Shown piece after piece: positions 51,175 to 61,625 of a DNA stretch of 64,000 bases (within the stretch, counting starts at the first letter, position 1; each line of letters begins with the position of its first letter). The notes under the pieces were generated by a model that saw only the letters and a program-made list of their open reading frames with translations, did no database searches and had not been told where the DNA came from. Position numbers and translations under genes: made by a program. Origin of the DNA: a virus (Duplodnaviria > Heunggongvirae > Uroviricota > Caudoviricetes). Location of the stretch: IMG/VR virus record IMGVR_UViG_2778261540_000003. One strand, written 5' to 3'.

Positions 51175-52367
51175 CCACTATAACCAAAGAGCGACTGCTG
51201 ACAATCAAGCAGTGGCGCGAAACATACGGACCGGGTAGCAACGTTGTACTGCCAGCAGAAGAAGCGGAAGAACTGGCACGGATTGCTCTGGCATCGCTGG
51301 AAGCAAAACCAATAGGTGCATTCCACATTGCAGAACAGCAAGTTGACGGCACAAGTGACTACCTCAAGGATGGAGAATGGCCTATTGATAATGGAATTAT
51401 TGAGGTCTACGCCGCTCCCCCCGTTCCAGTAGTACCGGAAGAAAAACCAATGCCTAATCCTCTTAGCATGTACGCGGTTGATGCTGTTGCCGCTATTGCA
51501 GAGGTGAGAGGCTGGAACGCCTGCCGCGCCGCCATGCTTCAGTCCGGAAACTTTCGGGAAAATAAGAATTCGTCAACCAATAATTTTCGGGAAATCGCGG
51601 AAACGTCAACCAACTATCCGGTAATTCCTAGTGAAGTGTTGTCCGCAATCCTGAAGGTTGCCAAGATTCGTGCCGATTTCGATGATTTTGACGGTGACAG
51701 GCGAGGTATCGGTGATTGTCTGGATGAGGCTGAGCAAGAGCTTATCGTTACCATTAACAAATATGCCAGTCAGTTGGCAGCAGAACCGATAGCGACTAAT
51801 GACGTTCGAGAGCAAACAGCCGTTCCGCCAGTTCCTGTAATACAGGCTGATGTCGCGCAGGCAATTGAAAAACTCAAACGGAAATTAGTGGAATGCAATC
51901 GCTATAACTACTGCGCAGATGCAGTTAAGGGCGTTGAGTATGCCTGCCACGCTGCCATGCTTCAGGGTAGCCAACCTGTAAGCCAAACTTACAAGTTTCC
52001 AGTTAATACACCTTGCCAGGATGCGCCAGCCCATATCTGGCTGCAAACAGCTGGAGTATGGCCAGAAGATGGCGAGTTAAGCGAATTAACGTGGTGCAGC
52101 CACAATCAGCACCATGATGACACGCTATATGTTCGAGCTGACTTGGTAAATGGCAATTCTCAGGTAACTCCGGATGGTTGGATAAGCTGTAGTGAGCGAA
52201 TGCCCGCTCAAGATGATTGGATTTTAATTTATTCAAAGCACGGTGAGTATATGGCAGGACAGGTGCAAGGGGAATACGTGGAGTTGAGCGACGGCACTTT
52301 ATCCTGGTTAGGGAACGCCTTGTTCTGGATGCTGCTACCAGAACCTCCCCAGGAGGCAGGTCAATGA
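51171..52367 (+). CDS. Hypothetical protein
   Basis: 398-aa ORF with ATGA coupling to the upstream gene. Confidence 0.45.
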   Translation: MTTITKERLLTIKQWRETYGPGSNVVLPAEEAEELARIALASLEAKPIGAFHIAEQQVDGTSDYLKDGEWPIDNGIIEVYAAPPVPVVPEEKPMPNPLSMYAVDAVAAIAEVRGWNACRAAMLQSGNFRENKNSSTNNFREIAETSTNYPVIPSEVLSAILKVAKIRADFDDFDGDRRGIGDCLDEAEQELIVTINKYASQLAAEPIATNDVREQTAVPPVPVIQADVAQAIEKLKRKLVECNRYNYCADAVKGVEYACHAAMLQGSQPVSQTYKFPVNTPCQDAPAHIWLQTAGVWPEDGELSELTWCSHNQHHDDTLYVRADLVNGNSQVTPDGWISCSERMPAQDDWILIYSKHGEYMAGQVQGEYVELSDGTLSWLGNALFWMLLPEPPQEAGQ

Positions 52368-52431
52368 GCTGGCCTGAAGCATTCGCAACGGTAGGAATTG
52401 TGATGGCGGCAGCACTGGGTTTGTATTCAAT

Positions 52432-52683
52432 TTGTCGCTGGTGGTAACGATGGGGAAATTAACTTTTGTAGTCGAATTTGAGGATGGTAAAGAGCCACCT
52501 GTTAGCGCCAATCTTGATGTTGCTGGTGGAAGGATTGTTTCGGTTCTATTTGGTGACTACCGAGATGACTTCTTCCAACCAGAAGAAGTTGATGTGGTGC
52601 GAGAGGCATTAAACGAGTTAAGTGTTGACAACGATGATGCTCATGCGGAAATCATCCAAAAAATGGAACTGCTAACTCACTAA
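52432..52683 (+). CDS. Hypothetical small protein
   Basis: 83-aa ORF in operon context. Confidence 0.3.
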   Translation: MSLVVTMGKLTFVVEFEDGKEPPVSANLDVAGGRIVSVLFGDYRDDFFQPEEVDVVREALNELSVDNDDAHAEIIQKMELLTH

Positions 52684-52765
52684 ATTATCAATTATGGTGC
52701 TATAACCTACGACACCGAGAGAAAATTTATAATGTCAAAAGTAAATGTTTTGATTTTTTCAGCAA

Positions 52766-53155
52766 TTGTTGGCTTTGGTTTTACTGCCGGAGTGCAGATT
52801 TATATTACGTGGGAAAAAATCATCAACTACGCATGGAGTTGTTTTATTAAGTGAGGTAAGTATGTGGAGAGGTAATAATCATGGCAAAAGCCAGATGATA
52901 CTTACCGAATATAAGCTAGACCACAAAACCAATAAATCACGCTCAGTATATTTGCTCCGGCACAATAGTCGCGTAAGAAATACCGTGCTGGAACAAAATC
53001 TGACAGTTGAAATGGATAATTACGGGGGATTCAAGCCAACAATTTCACTTGATGATTTTCCTCGTGGTTTAAGCGAAAGAGAAGCAATGCTGAAATTAGC
53101 AGAATGGCTACAAAGATTAAGCATTGCTATTGAAGATAACTGGTCTGAACCTTAA
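52766..53155 (+). CDS. Hypothetical protein
   Basis: 129-aa ORF in operon context. Confidence 0.3.
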   Translation: MLALVLLPECRFILRGKKSSTTHGVVLLSEVSMWRGNNHGKSQMILTEYKLDHKTNKSRSVYLLRHNSRVRNTVLEQNLTVEMDNYGGFKPTISLDDFPRGLSEREAMLKLAEWLQRLSIAIEDNWSEP

Positions 53156-53161
53156 ATTTAT

Positions 53162-53536
53162 ATGATGACACTAAAACATTTTCTTGACCGCCCATTATGG
53201 GCGGCAGCCGCAGGCTATGACTTTAATTATATGGATTGCATGTCTTATACTGCCAATGCATACGACCATTCGTTCAGCCTGCTGTTTAATTCTTTAAGAA
53301 TATTGCCGGAAACAGAAGTTGGAGAGCTTCATTTATGGCTATTGGGCTTTATCGCGGCTGTCGTTGGTATTGCTGTATGGCCTTTTATTTTCTGGCTGGT
53401 GGCTGTTGTAGTGTGGTTTAAGTGCAAGGCATACCGGAAAAAGTATTTCTTAGGTGATGGAATGACTGATATTGCCAAAATGAACATTGAAAAATGGACT
53501 AAGGAATGTGAAAAGAAATGGCGCAAAAAGAAATGA
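53162..53536 (+). CDS. Hypothetical membrane protein
   Basis: 124-aa ORF; central hydrophobic helices (LWLLGFIAAVVGIAVWPFIFWLVAVVVWF). Confidence 0.4.
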   Translation: MMTLKHFLDRPLWAAAAGYDFNYMDCMSYTANAYDHSFSLLFNSLRILPETEVGELHLWLLGFIAAVVGIAVWPFIFWLVAVVVWFKCKAYRKKYFLGDGMTDIAKMNIEKWTKECEKKWRKKK

Positions 53537-54291
53537 CAAGAATCACTAAAGAACGCATATCAGAGATTATCGCCCGTATCGAAATGTATGGTCACGGTGC
53601 TGGATATACGGCAGATGAAGTATTGGCACTTGCCCAAATGGCTTTGGCGGCTTGCAAAGATGATAAAAAAATGAAGCTTATCGACTTGTTAGTGAAGGAG
53701 CTGCCCAAGTGCGGCGGGTGGCCTGATGGTATGATCGATTGTCGCCTGCTCAGTGCCAATTTAATGGCGCCATGCGCGACTTTTGCTTTTGGCTCGGACC
53801 ACAAAAAAGACACTTTCTTTGGGCGCAATTTTTGTTGTGAGATTGAGCTTCCAATCGGTGACCTTGATAGCGATGAATACCAGTCAGTTGTCACTCGCGA
53901 ACAATACGAAGCTGCTCTCATAGCGTCGCAGAAAGTCGAGTTCAATGGTGATGAACCTGAAAGTAAGGCTTACAAGTTAGATTTTGAGCAATGGCTGGAA
54001 CAGCAACGCGGGAAAATCGATGTGGACTGCGGTTGTGTGTCTGCGGAAACATTCATGCACTGGTTGCGGGTAGCTTATGTGGCTGGCAACCATCCGGATT
54101 TTCCGGATAGTTCCCAACAATCGCCCAAGAAAAGCGTAAAAACCACTCTGGAAAGAGGCTATCTTGAGGCCGCATTAAAGATTAAGCCGGGCCATACGCT
54201 AGGCGTCATTGATGCCATGTTGGTTCATGAAATGGCGAAGGCTTTATTGCCGCTGGTGGCTGATAAAATTCCGAATAAGGCCGATATCTGA
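53518..54291 (+). CDS. Hypothetical protein
   Basis: 257-aa ORF overlapping the upstream gene end, followed by a terminator. Confidence 0.45.
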   Translation: MAQKEMTRITKERISEIIARIEMYGHGAGYTADEVLALAQMALAACKDDKKMKLIDLLVKELPKCGGWPDGMIDCRLLSANLMAPCATFAFGSDHKKDTFFGRNFCCEIELPIGDLDSDEYQSVVTREQYEAALIASQKVEFNGDEPESKAYKLDFEQWLEQQRGKIDVDCGCVSAETFMHWLRVAYVAGNHPDFPDSSQQSPKKSVKTTLERGYLEAALKIKPGHTLGVIDAMLVHEMAKALLPLVADKIPNKADI

Positions 54292-54302
54292 TCACCATGC
54301 TA

Positions 54303-54334
54303 AAATCCCCTCAATTCACAGAGGGGATTTTTGT
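54303..54334 (+). terminator. Rho-independent terminator
   Basis: AAATCCCCTC-AATTCACA-GAGGGGATTT hairpin followed by a T-run. Confidence 0.6.
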
Positions 54335-54336
54335 AT

Positions 54337-54603
54337 ATGTTGCATAGAGTTTTATGGAAAAGCGTTATTGTCGGCGCGATACTGGCTATATCTGGGTGTG
54401 CAATGGTGCAATACAACGACGGTGAAAAGGTAAGCATACAGTCAGATGGTTGGTATGGCCTGGATAGCCTGCAAAAAACCGCAGATAAAGCCTGTCAGCA
54501 ATATGGGAAGTCTAAAGCAGTATATCAGCATAGCGCGAACGCTAACCCTAATCTTGCGCCCGGTTCGGGTGTTCAGAATACCATCTGGAAATGTGAGCCT
54601 TAA
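54337..54603 (+). CDS. Small lipoprotein
   Basis: [21 protein letters not shown]: signal peptide with lipobox ISGC. Confidence 0.5.
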   Translation: MLHRVLWKSVIVGAILAISGCAMVQYNDGEKVSIQSDGWYGLDSLQKTADKACQQYGKSKAVYQHSANANPNLAPGSGVQNTIWKCEP

Positions 54604-54605
54604 AT

Positions 54606-54845
54606 ATGAGCGACTGGAATATTGCAGCTAAAAGTCAGGAAGAACGGGATAAGGTTAACGTTGATCTGGCTGCCAGCGGTGTGGCGTACAAAGAGCGATT
54701 GAACATACCTGTCATAGCTGAACAGGTAGCCCGCGAGCAACCAGAGAATCTGCGCACCTATTTCATGGAACGGTTACGGCACTATCGGCAGTTAAGCCTC
54801 CAGTTGCCAAAAGGGAACGATCCGGCATATCAGAAAACAGAATAG
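54606..54845 (+). CDS. hot: Homolog of DNA polymerase III theta subunit (HolE)
   Basis: [43 protein letters not shown] aligns closely with E. coli HolE. Confidence 0.85.
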   Translation: MSDWNIAAKSQEERDKVNVDLAASGVAYKERLNIPVIAEQVAREQPENLRTYFMERLRHYRQLSLQLPKGNDPAYQKTE

Positions 54846-54856
54846 TTGTTAGGCTA

Positions 54857-55219
54857 TTACGCAATGCCCGCGCCATTCTTAGCGGGTTTTAAGCCATATT
54901 CACCGTTGTAGAAATTACTCATGTTCCATTCATTGGGAAGCTCTTTTCTGTCCAATGTATAGTGGCGCACGATATAACGATCTTCATCTTCTTCGATGGA
55001 CAGGCGGACATAGCCAATGTGAATTACCGATACGGGCGGTGTTCGTATTGCATAGATGTCGCGAAGATATACCGGTAGCTCGACAAATGCATCAGGTGCA
55101 TCTGTGATGCTCGTTTTTTCACAGTATTCATATAACGCATCGTTGATATCGTTAAGAGATTCATGATCGTATATTTCCAGGTAATTACCGCGATCGCGAT
55201 GGTACTCGATTTTAGCCAT
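54857..55219 (-). CDS. Hypothetical protein (second gene of SOS-box-proximal module)
   Basis: 120-aa ORF abutting the upstream 194-aa ORF with no gap. Confidence 0.4.
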   Translation of the reverse strand: MAKIEYHRDRGNYLEIYDHESLNDINDALYEYCEKTSITDAPDAFVELPVYLRDIYAIRTPPVSVIHIGYVRLSIEEDEDRYIVRHYTLDRKELPNEWNMSNFYNGEYGLKPAKNGAGIA

Positions 55220-55804
55220 TCAAAATCCCCTGTTATCGTTTTGCATTTCTCTAATCCGGTTCAGAACTACTTCATGCTGGACTTGGATAGCGGCTTTTTC
55301 GTTTTCAAGCCGGGCAATAGACATCTCTAATTCTTTGCTGTACCAGGCGAGCTGGGCCAGGTTCATCCGGTTGTGGTCGAGAGTTGGAGACACTTCGACG
55401 CGATCCCTTTCTTCCTGCTTTAATGAGAAGAGATTTATCTCATCCCTTGAGGAAAATTCAGCAACAATTTCTTGTTGATGATCCGGTCGCTGCGGCATCC
55501 TCGCCAGTATAAATGGCGGTTCTTTTGAAAACATGAATGTCGGTTCAGACCGTGTTTTTACCCAGCTTGCCTGCTGTCTTTCGGCAAGTTCACAGGCTTC
55601 ATCATAGTTATCTGCCAAACAAAGCACGGATGGACGGTCCCACGCCCCACCATTCAGACAATAAACTACAATTTTCCCGTCAGGTTGTGTAACCCCATAT
55701 GGATGGTCCCACCAGGCGTCCAGCTGAGCTTTAGAGCGTTTCTCGTTAGGAGTGCAGTCAAAATTTTTGGGCAATACAGGATCGAGAGGAATGCGGGCAG
55801 GCAT
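55220..55804 (-). CDS. Hypothetical protein transcribed divergently from humD
   Basis: 194-aa ORF; its upstream region contains the LexA box shared with humD; C-terminal coiled coil. Confidence 0.45.
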   Translation of the reverse strand: MPARIPLDPVLPKNFDCTPNEKRSKAQLDAWWDHPYGVTQPDGKIVVYCLNGGAWDRPSVLCLADNYDEACELAERQQASWVKTRSEPTFMFSKEPPFILARMPQRPDHQQEIVAEFSSRDEINLFSLKQEERDRVEVSPTLDHNRMNLAQLAWYSKELEMSIARLENEKAAIQVQHEVVLNRIREMQNDNRGF

Positions 55805-55941
55805 AGCTAATTCCTTATTAACTGATTGGCAACGAGGTTACGCTGATCCGTTGGTGATGAATAGTAGCAAAGAGCACAAAATCATCAGCGGTGGTTGATG
55901 TACGTAACGCGTTTGCACCAAAGGTGTCTCTTTAATGTATA

Positions 55942-55957
55942 CTGTATAAATGAACAG
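55942..55957. promoter_or_regulatory. LexA box (SOS operator)
   Basis: CTGTATAAATGAACAG fits CTGT-N8-ACAG inside the palindrome TACTGTATAAATGAACAGTA, 21 bp upstream of humD. Confidence 0.85.
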
Positions 55958-55978
55958 TATTATTGAGGTGAAAACGCT

Positions 55979-56368
55979 ATGGGCTTCCCTTCTCCTGCGG
56001 CGGATTATGTTGAAAGCCGAATTTCTCTTGATCAGCAACTAATCAGGCATCCATCAGCAACCTACTTCATGCGGGCAGCTGATAGCCATCACCGTGAGGG
56101 AATATTGCAGGGTGCTTTGCTGGTGGTTGATTCCTCGCTTACTCCGGTTGATGGTTCTCTGCTTGTGTGCGCTATGGAGGGTGAATATCGCATAAAGAGA
56201 TACAGGAAGTATCCGCGCCAGCACCTGGAGGATTTAAGCACCGGGAAGAAAGAGGCGTTACCAGTAGATGACGATGGATACACGGGCAGTAATGCTGTTT
56301 TTGGTGTGATCACTCATGTCATCAATGATGCCAGAAGTGGGGAGTTTGATGATTGTCCGGTTATTTAA
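55979..56368 (+). CDS. humD: UmuD-like SOS mutagenesis protein HumD
   Basis: 129-aa ORF with UmuD/LexA C-terminal-domain-like sequence, preceded by a LexA box. Confidence 0.8.
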   Translation: MGFPSPAADYVESRISLDQQLIRHPSATYFMRAADSHHREGILQGALLVVDSSLTPVDGSLLVCAMEGEYRIKRYRKYPRQHLEDLSTGKKEALPVDDDGYTGSNAVFGVITHVINDARSGEFDDCPVI

Positions 56369-56395
56369 GCTGCAAAGGGCTGGTGCTTTATGCCT

Positions 56396-56434
56396 GTGAA
56401 GTTTATAATTGTGTACACATAACGAGTACACGAG
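56396..56434 (+). promoter_or_regulatory. phd-doc promoter/operator
   Basis: TATAAT hexamer followed by palindromic elements TGTGTACACA and GAGTACACGAG directly upstream of phd. Confidence 0.6.
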
Positions 56435-56440
56435 GTGTTT

Positions 56441-56662
56441 ATGCAATCCATTAACTTCCGTACCGCGCGTGGCAACCTTTCTGAAGTGCTCAACAATGTT
56501 GAAGCCGGGGAAGAGGTTGAAATCACCCGCAGAGGCCGTGAGCCAGCAGTAATTGTCAGCAAGGCTACTTTCGAAGCCTACAAAAAAGCGGCGCTGGATG
56601 CTGAATTTGCATCCCTGTTTGACACCCTGGACTCCACCAACAAGGAACTGGTTAACCGATAA
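56441..56662 (+). CDS. phd: Antitoxin Phd
   Basis: 73-aa product [73 protein letters not shown] recognised as P1 Phd. Confidence 0.95.
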
Positions 56663-57042
56663 TGAGGCATATATCACCGGAAGAACTTATTGCGCTTCAT
56701 GATGCGAATATAAGCCGCTACGGCGGCCTGCCGGGAATGTCTGATCCGGGTAGGGCAGAGGCCATTATCGGGAGAGTTCAGGCCAGAGTTGCCTACGAAG
56801 AGATCACCGACCTTTTCGAAGTCTCTGCCACCTACCTGGTGGCTACAGCGAGAGGGCATATATTCAATGATGCCAATAAGCGTACCGCGCTAAACAGTGC
56901 GCTGCTATTTCTACGCCGTAACGGGGTGCAGGTATTTGATTCACCTGAACTGGCAGACCTTACCGTAGGCGCTGCGACTGGCGAGATATCTGTATCTTCT
57001 GTCGCCGACACGTTACGTAGATTGTATGGTTCTGCGGAGTAG
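56662..57042 (+). CDS. doc: Toxin Doc (Fic-fold kinase)
   Basis: 126-aa product [40 protein letters not shown]... recognised as P1 Doc; ATAATG coupling to phd. Confidence 0.95.
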
Positions 57043-57046
57043 ATTA

Positions 57047-57226
57047 ATGGCACGCAAATACAACAAGTTGTCCCGTGAAGCGTTAAAGATGCTTCTTGAT
57101 GGCGTGAGTCGCCGCAAGGTAAAGCAATACCTGGTTGGTAAGCAAATTGGTGCCAGGACAGCTATTGCTGTGTTATGCCGTCAGGAAATGGTTGTGCTTA
57201 AACAGAGAATGCCGGGCAGCAGATAA
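57047..57226 (+). CDS. pdcA: Small basic protein downstream of doc
   Basis: ATG 5 bp after the doc stop; name by position. Confidence 0.45.
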   Translation: MARKYNKLSREALKMLLDGVSRRKVKQYLVGKQIGARTAIAVLCRQEMVVLKQRMPGSR

Positions 57227-57253
57227 AGCCCAATCAGTGATTAAAGGTGTGAT

Positions 57254-58297
57254 GTGAAAGCCGTAATTACTCCATTTGTACAGAAAGAGCTTGGCCTCGC
57301 CACGTTCAAAGTGGATCAGGAGGTCAGAAAGCTGGTGGAGGCTGGCCGTAAATTTATTATGGAGCCGGTGCCGCGTGAGTTAATCGAGCACATGGAAGAC
57401 GGCCTCGTTGTTACCGAGCAAACCATGGCAACAAATGAGGCGTTGCAGCCGTTTTTTAACAGCGATGAACTGTTTCGCCGTATTGGTGGAATTGACGCGC
57501 TGGTGGCGTGGTTGCGTAGGAAAGAGGGTCAATGCCAGGCCGCAGATCGTAGTTGGTGTGACAACCATATTGTCCACGCTGAACGAGACAATAGCGCGGT
57601 GTTGTTGTGCTGGCATCACGATAACCATTACCGGATGCGTGGTTTTAATGAGCTGAAAGAAACGCTGCACAATAATCGCGTTAACTGGATACTGGATGTC
57701 GCCCGTCAGGAAATGGGCCTTTCAAATAGCCATGATTTAAGTATTCAGGAGCTGTGCTGGTGGGCTTTCATGCGCAACATGATGCACCTGATGCCGGAAG
57801 AAGTCTGCCGCATATCAATAAATAAGATGAAGGCTACTCCGCAGGATAGCGGACCTCTGAAAGAGGCGGATATTCGCCCGTATGACGATCGCGCTACAGC
57901 ATATGTTCAGATGATGGAAGAACGCGCCGCGCCGATGCGTGCAAAAGTATGCCCTGTGGATGTTGACTCCGACCCTGGCATGGCGCATTTCAAAATACCA
58001 AAACTGCAATCGCTAAAATTACCTGAGTACATGGACTTTGTTGCTTCCCGTCCATGCTGTGGGTGTGGAGCTGCGGGAGCTGGCGCTCACATTACGCCTT
58101 ATATCGTTCGTCATAGTCGATTATGCGCGCATGACATTTACGCAATTCCTCTGTGCCAGTCATGCCAGCGTGATATTGAGCGTGACCGCGATAATTGGGA
58201 GAAGACGCACGGTAGGTTGGCGATGCATCAACGATTGTTCTTTGATTACGCGCTTGGAGTGGGCGTTATCACAAGTCATTCGTCGAGTGTTAGATAA
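57254..58297 (+). CDS. pdcB: Post-doc protein B-like
   Basis: 347-aa ORF; Cys-rich C-terminus ([13 protein letters not shown]...LCQSCQRD); name by position. Confidence 0.5.
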   Translation: MKAVITPFVQKELGLATFKVDQEVRKLVEAGRKFIMEPVPRELIEHMEDGLVVTEQTMATNEALQPFFNSDELFRRIGGIDALVAWLRRKEGQCQAADRSWCDNHIVHAERDNSAVLLCWHHDNHYRMRGFNELKETLHNNRVNWILDVARQEMGLSNSHDLSIQELCWWAFMRNMMHLMPEEVCRISINKMKATPQDSGPLKEADIRPYDDRATAYVQMMEERAAPMRAKVCPVDVDSDPGMAHFKIPKLQSLKLPEYMDFVASRPCCGCGAAGAGAHITPYIVRHSRLCAHDIYAIPLCQSCQRDIERDRDNWEKTHGRLAMHQRLFFDYALGVGVITSHSSSVR

Positions 58298-58298
58298 A

Positions 58299-58315
58299 AT
58301 TGCTCTAATGTATTG
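58299..58315 (+). promoter_or_regulatory. C1-operator-like site upstream of lpa
   Basis: ATTGCTCTAATGTATTG, 13/17 match, followed by a second ATTGCTATTT half-site. Confidence 0.55.
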
Positions 58316-58385
58316 CTATTTCTTTAATCGAGGGTATTATATTCCACGTTGATTAGTTGACATGGGCTAATCAGTAGGTGACAGG

Positions 58386-58838
58386 ATGTTACTTAACTGG
58401 CAGGGACGCCACTTCATGGAAATAAATCACTCACGAATAACATCGTACGAGATTGCGGATTACATGATCCGCACTAAATCTCTTCTATCAGCGAAAGAAC
58501 TCGCAGCAATTCTTGAAAAGGAATACCCGCATCTGGATGTCGATAAGCGCGATGTTTATCTGCGCTTAAAGGCTATCGCTGTGTCTAAGTATTCGTCTGT
58601 TTTGATAGATGACAGTACACGCCCACGTAGATTTCAGATCCACTCTCTGAATCCTGAATTCTTTCGCCGTAGCCGCGCTCCGCGCCGGTTTGATGAAAAA
58701 CTCCAGAACGAACTCTATATGACGCAGGACGAAAAGGAACGCCGGGAGCACCAGCCTTGGGTAATGGCGCGTCAACTTTTCAATAAGGTGGCCCGTCAGC
58801 ACCGTCATTACGGTAATGCCACATCCGCACGTATCTGA
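58386..58838 (+). CDS. lpa: Late promoter activator Lpa-like
   Basis: 150-aa ORF under an operator-like site, immediately upstream of pacA; assigned by position. Confidence 0.6.
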   Translation: MLLNWQGRHFMEINHSRITSYEIADYMIRTKSLLSAKELAAILEKEYPHLDVDKRDVYLRLKAIAVSKYSSVLIDDSTRPRRFQIHSLNPEFFRRSRAPRRFDEKLQNELYMTQDEKERREHQPWVMARQLFNKVARQHRHYGNATSARI

Positions 58839-58923
58839 TTGATTGCTTGCCCGTTCCGGGCCTTTTGACATGTGACTTTCGTTACCCTCGCGTCAAAAAG
58901 AGTTTTTACGAAAGGAAGCATAA

Positions 58924-60117
58924 GTGACCTGGGACGATCACAAGAAGAATTTTGCTCGCCTGGCGCGAGATGGTGGTTACACCATCGCACAGTATGCCGC
59001 CGAGTTTAATCTTAACCCTAATACCGCACGTCGTTATCTCCGTGCCTTCAAAGAAGACACCAGGACTACGGACAGCCGCAAGCCAAATAAGCCAGTCAGG
59101 AAGCCACTAAAAAGCATGATCATTGATCACTCTAATGATCAACATGCAGGTGATCACATTTCGGCTGAAATAGCGGAAAAACAAAGAGTTAATGCCGTTG
59201 TCAGTGCCGCAGTCGAGAATGCGAAGCGCCAAAATAAGCGCATAAATGATCGTTCAGATGATCATGACGTGATCACCCGCGCCCACCGGACCTTACGTGA
59301 TCGCCTGGAACGCGACACCCTGGATGATGATGGTGAACGCTTTGAATTCGAAGCTGGCGATTACCTGATAGATAACGTTGAAGCGCGGAAGGCCGCGCGC
59401 GCTATGTTGCGTCGGTCCGGGGCCGATGTTCTGGAAACCACTCTTCTGGAAAAGTCTCTTTCTCATCTCCTTATGCTGGAGAACGCCAGGGATACGTGTA
59501 TTCGCCTAGTGCAGGAAATGCGCGATCAGCAAAAAGACGATGATGAAGGTACTCCGCCTGAATACCGTATCGCGAGCATGCTAAACAGCTGTTCCGCGCA
59601 GATAAGCAGCCTGATCAACACCATTTACAGCATCCGGAATAACTATCGAAAAGAAAGCCGGGAGGCGGAAAAGCACGCTTTATCTATGGGGCAAGCTGGC
59701 ATTGTTAAGCTGGCATACGAACGAAAGCGTGAAAATAACTGGTCAGTGCTGGAAGCGGCTGAATTCATCGAGGCGCATGGAGGAAAAGTGCCTCCCCTGA
59801 TGCTGGAGCAAATCAAAGCCGATCTGCGTGCTCCTAAGACCAATACCGATGATGAGGAAAACCAAACAGCATCTGGCGCTCCATCACTTGAAGATCTGGA
59901 TAAAATCGCGCGAGAACGGGCCGCCAGCCGCCGCGCTGATGCCGCATTGTGGATTGAGCATCGTAGAGAAGAAATTGCCGATATCGTCGATACAGGTGGT
60001 TATGGTGATGTCGATGCGGAAGGCATATCAAACGAAGCATGGCTTGAACAGGATCTGGACGAAGACGAGGAGGAAGACGAAGAAGTTACCCGCAAACTGT
60101 ACGGGGATGATGATTAA
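58924..60117 (+). CDS. pacA: Terminase (pacase) subunit PacA
   Basis: 397-aa ORF with GTG start containing the pac site; acidic C-terminus. Confidence 0.85.
59117..59275. other. pac: pac packaging site
   Basis: Seven GATC-containing TGATCA/G hexamers in two clusters (four at 59117-59156, three at 59247-59275) separated by an AT-rich spacer, inside pacA. Confidence 0.85.
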
Positions 60118-61601
60118 TGGCCAGAAGTTGCGTAACGGACCCACGTTGGCGCGAGCTTGTGGCGCTATATCGTTATGACTGGATTGCGGCCGCTGATGTG
60201 TTGTTTGGGAAGACACCAACCTGGCAGCAGGATGAGATCATTGAGTCCACGCAGCAGGACGGCAGTTGGACAAGTGTGACCTCCGGCCATGGTACTGGTA
60301 AATCGGATATGACGAGTATCATTGCAATACTCTTCATCATGTTTTTCCCCGGCGCTCGCGTCATTCTGGTCGCTAACAAAAGACAGCAAGTCCTTGATGG
60401 TATTTTCAAATACATAAAGAGCAATTGGGCTACTGCTGTTAGCAGATTCCCGTGGTTGTCAAAGTATTTCATTCTTACAGAAACGTCTTTTTTTGAGGTG
60501 ACTGGCAAGGGTGTTTGGACAATATTGATAAAGTCCTGTCGCCCCGGGAATGAGGAGGCGTTGGCTGGTGAACACGCCGATCATCTCTTGTATATCATCG
60601 ACGAAGCGTCGGGTGTGAGTGATAAAGCATTCAGTGTGATAACAGGTGCGCTGACCGGTAAGGATAACCGTATTCTGCTTCTTTCCCAGCCTACGCGACC
60701 TTCAGGCTATTTCTACGATTCACACCACAGACTAGCTATTCGCCCGGGAAATCCTGATGGATTGTTTACTGCGATAATACTGAATAGTGAAGAATCTCCG
60801 CTTGTAGATGCAAAATTTATACGAGCAAAACTTGCGGAGTATGGCGGTCGTGATAACCCCATGTACATGATCAAAGTACGTGGTGAATTTCCCAAATCTC
60901 AAGATGGCTTTCTTCTTGGTCGTGATGAGGTTGAGCGGGCGACGCGGCGAAAGGTCAAGATTGCCAAAGGATGGGGCTGGGTTGCATGTGTTGACGTTGC
61001 TGGTGGCACAGGACGAGATAAGTCCGTTATTAATATCATGATGGTGTCCGGCCAGCGAAATAAACGCCGTGTAATCAACTATCGTATGCTGGAATACACA
61101 GACGTTACAGAAACGCAGTTAGCCGCCAAGATTTTCGCAGAATGTAACCCAGAACGGTTCCCGAACATAACCATAGCTATTGATGGCGATGGCTTGGGGA
61201 AATCGACGGCTGATCTAATGTACGAACGCTATGGCATTACCGTCCAGCGTATCCGCTGGGGTAAAAAGATGCACAGCCGTGAAGATAAAAGCCTTTATTT
61301 CGATATGCGCGCTTTCGCGAATATTCAGGCGGCAGAAGCTGTAAAATCAGGGCGTATGAGGCTTGATAAGGGGGCTGCGACTATAGAGGAAGCATCAAAG
61401 ATACCGGTAGGGATAAATTCCGCAGGTCAATGGAAGGTGATGTCAAAGGAAGATATGAAGAAAAAACTCAACCTGCACTCACCGGACCATTGGGATACAT
61501 ATTGTTTCGCTATGTTGGCGAACTATGTTCCCCAGGATGAAGTGCTTAGCGTCGAAGACGAAGCGCAGGTTGATGAAGCTCTGGCATGGCTTAATGAATA
61601 A
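60117..61601 (+). CDS. pacB: Terminase (pacase) large subunit PacB
   Basis: 494-aa ORF coupled to pacA (ATGA overlap). Confidence 0.85.
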
Positions 61602-61625
61602 CTCATTAACCATGCCGGATAGAAA

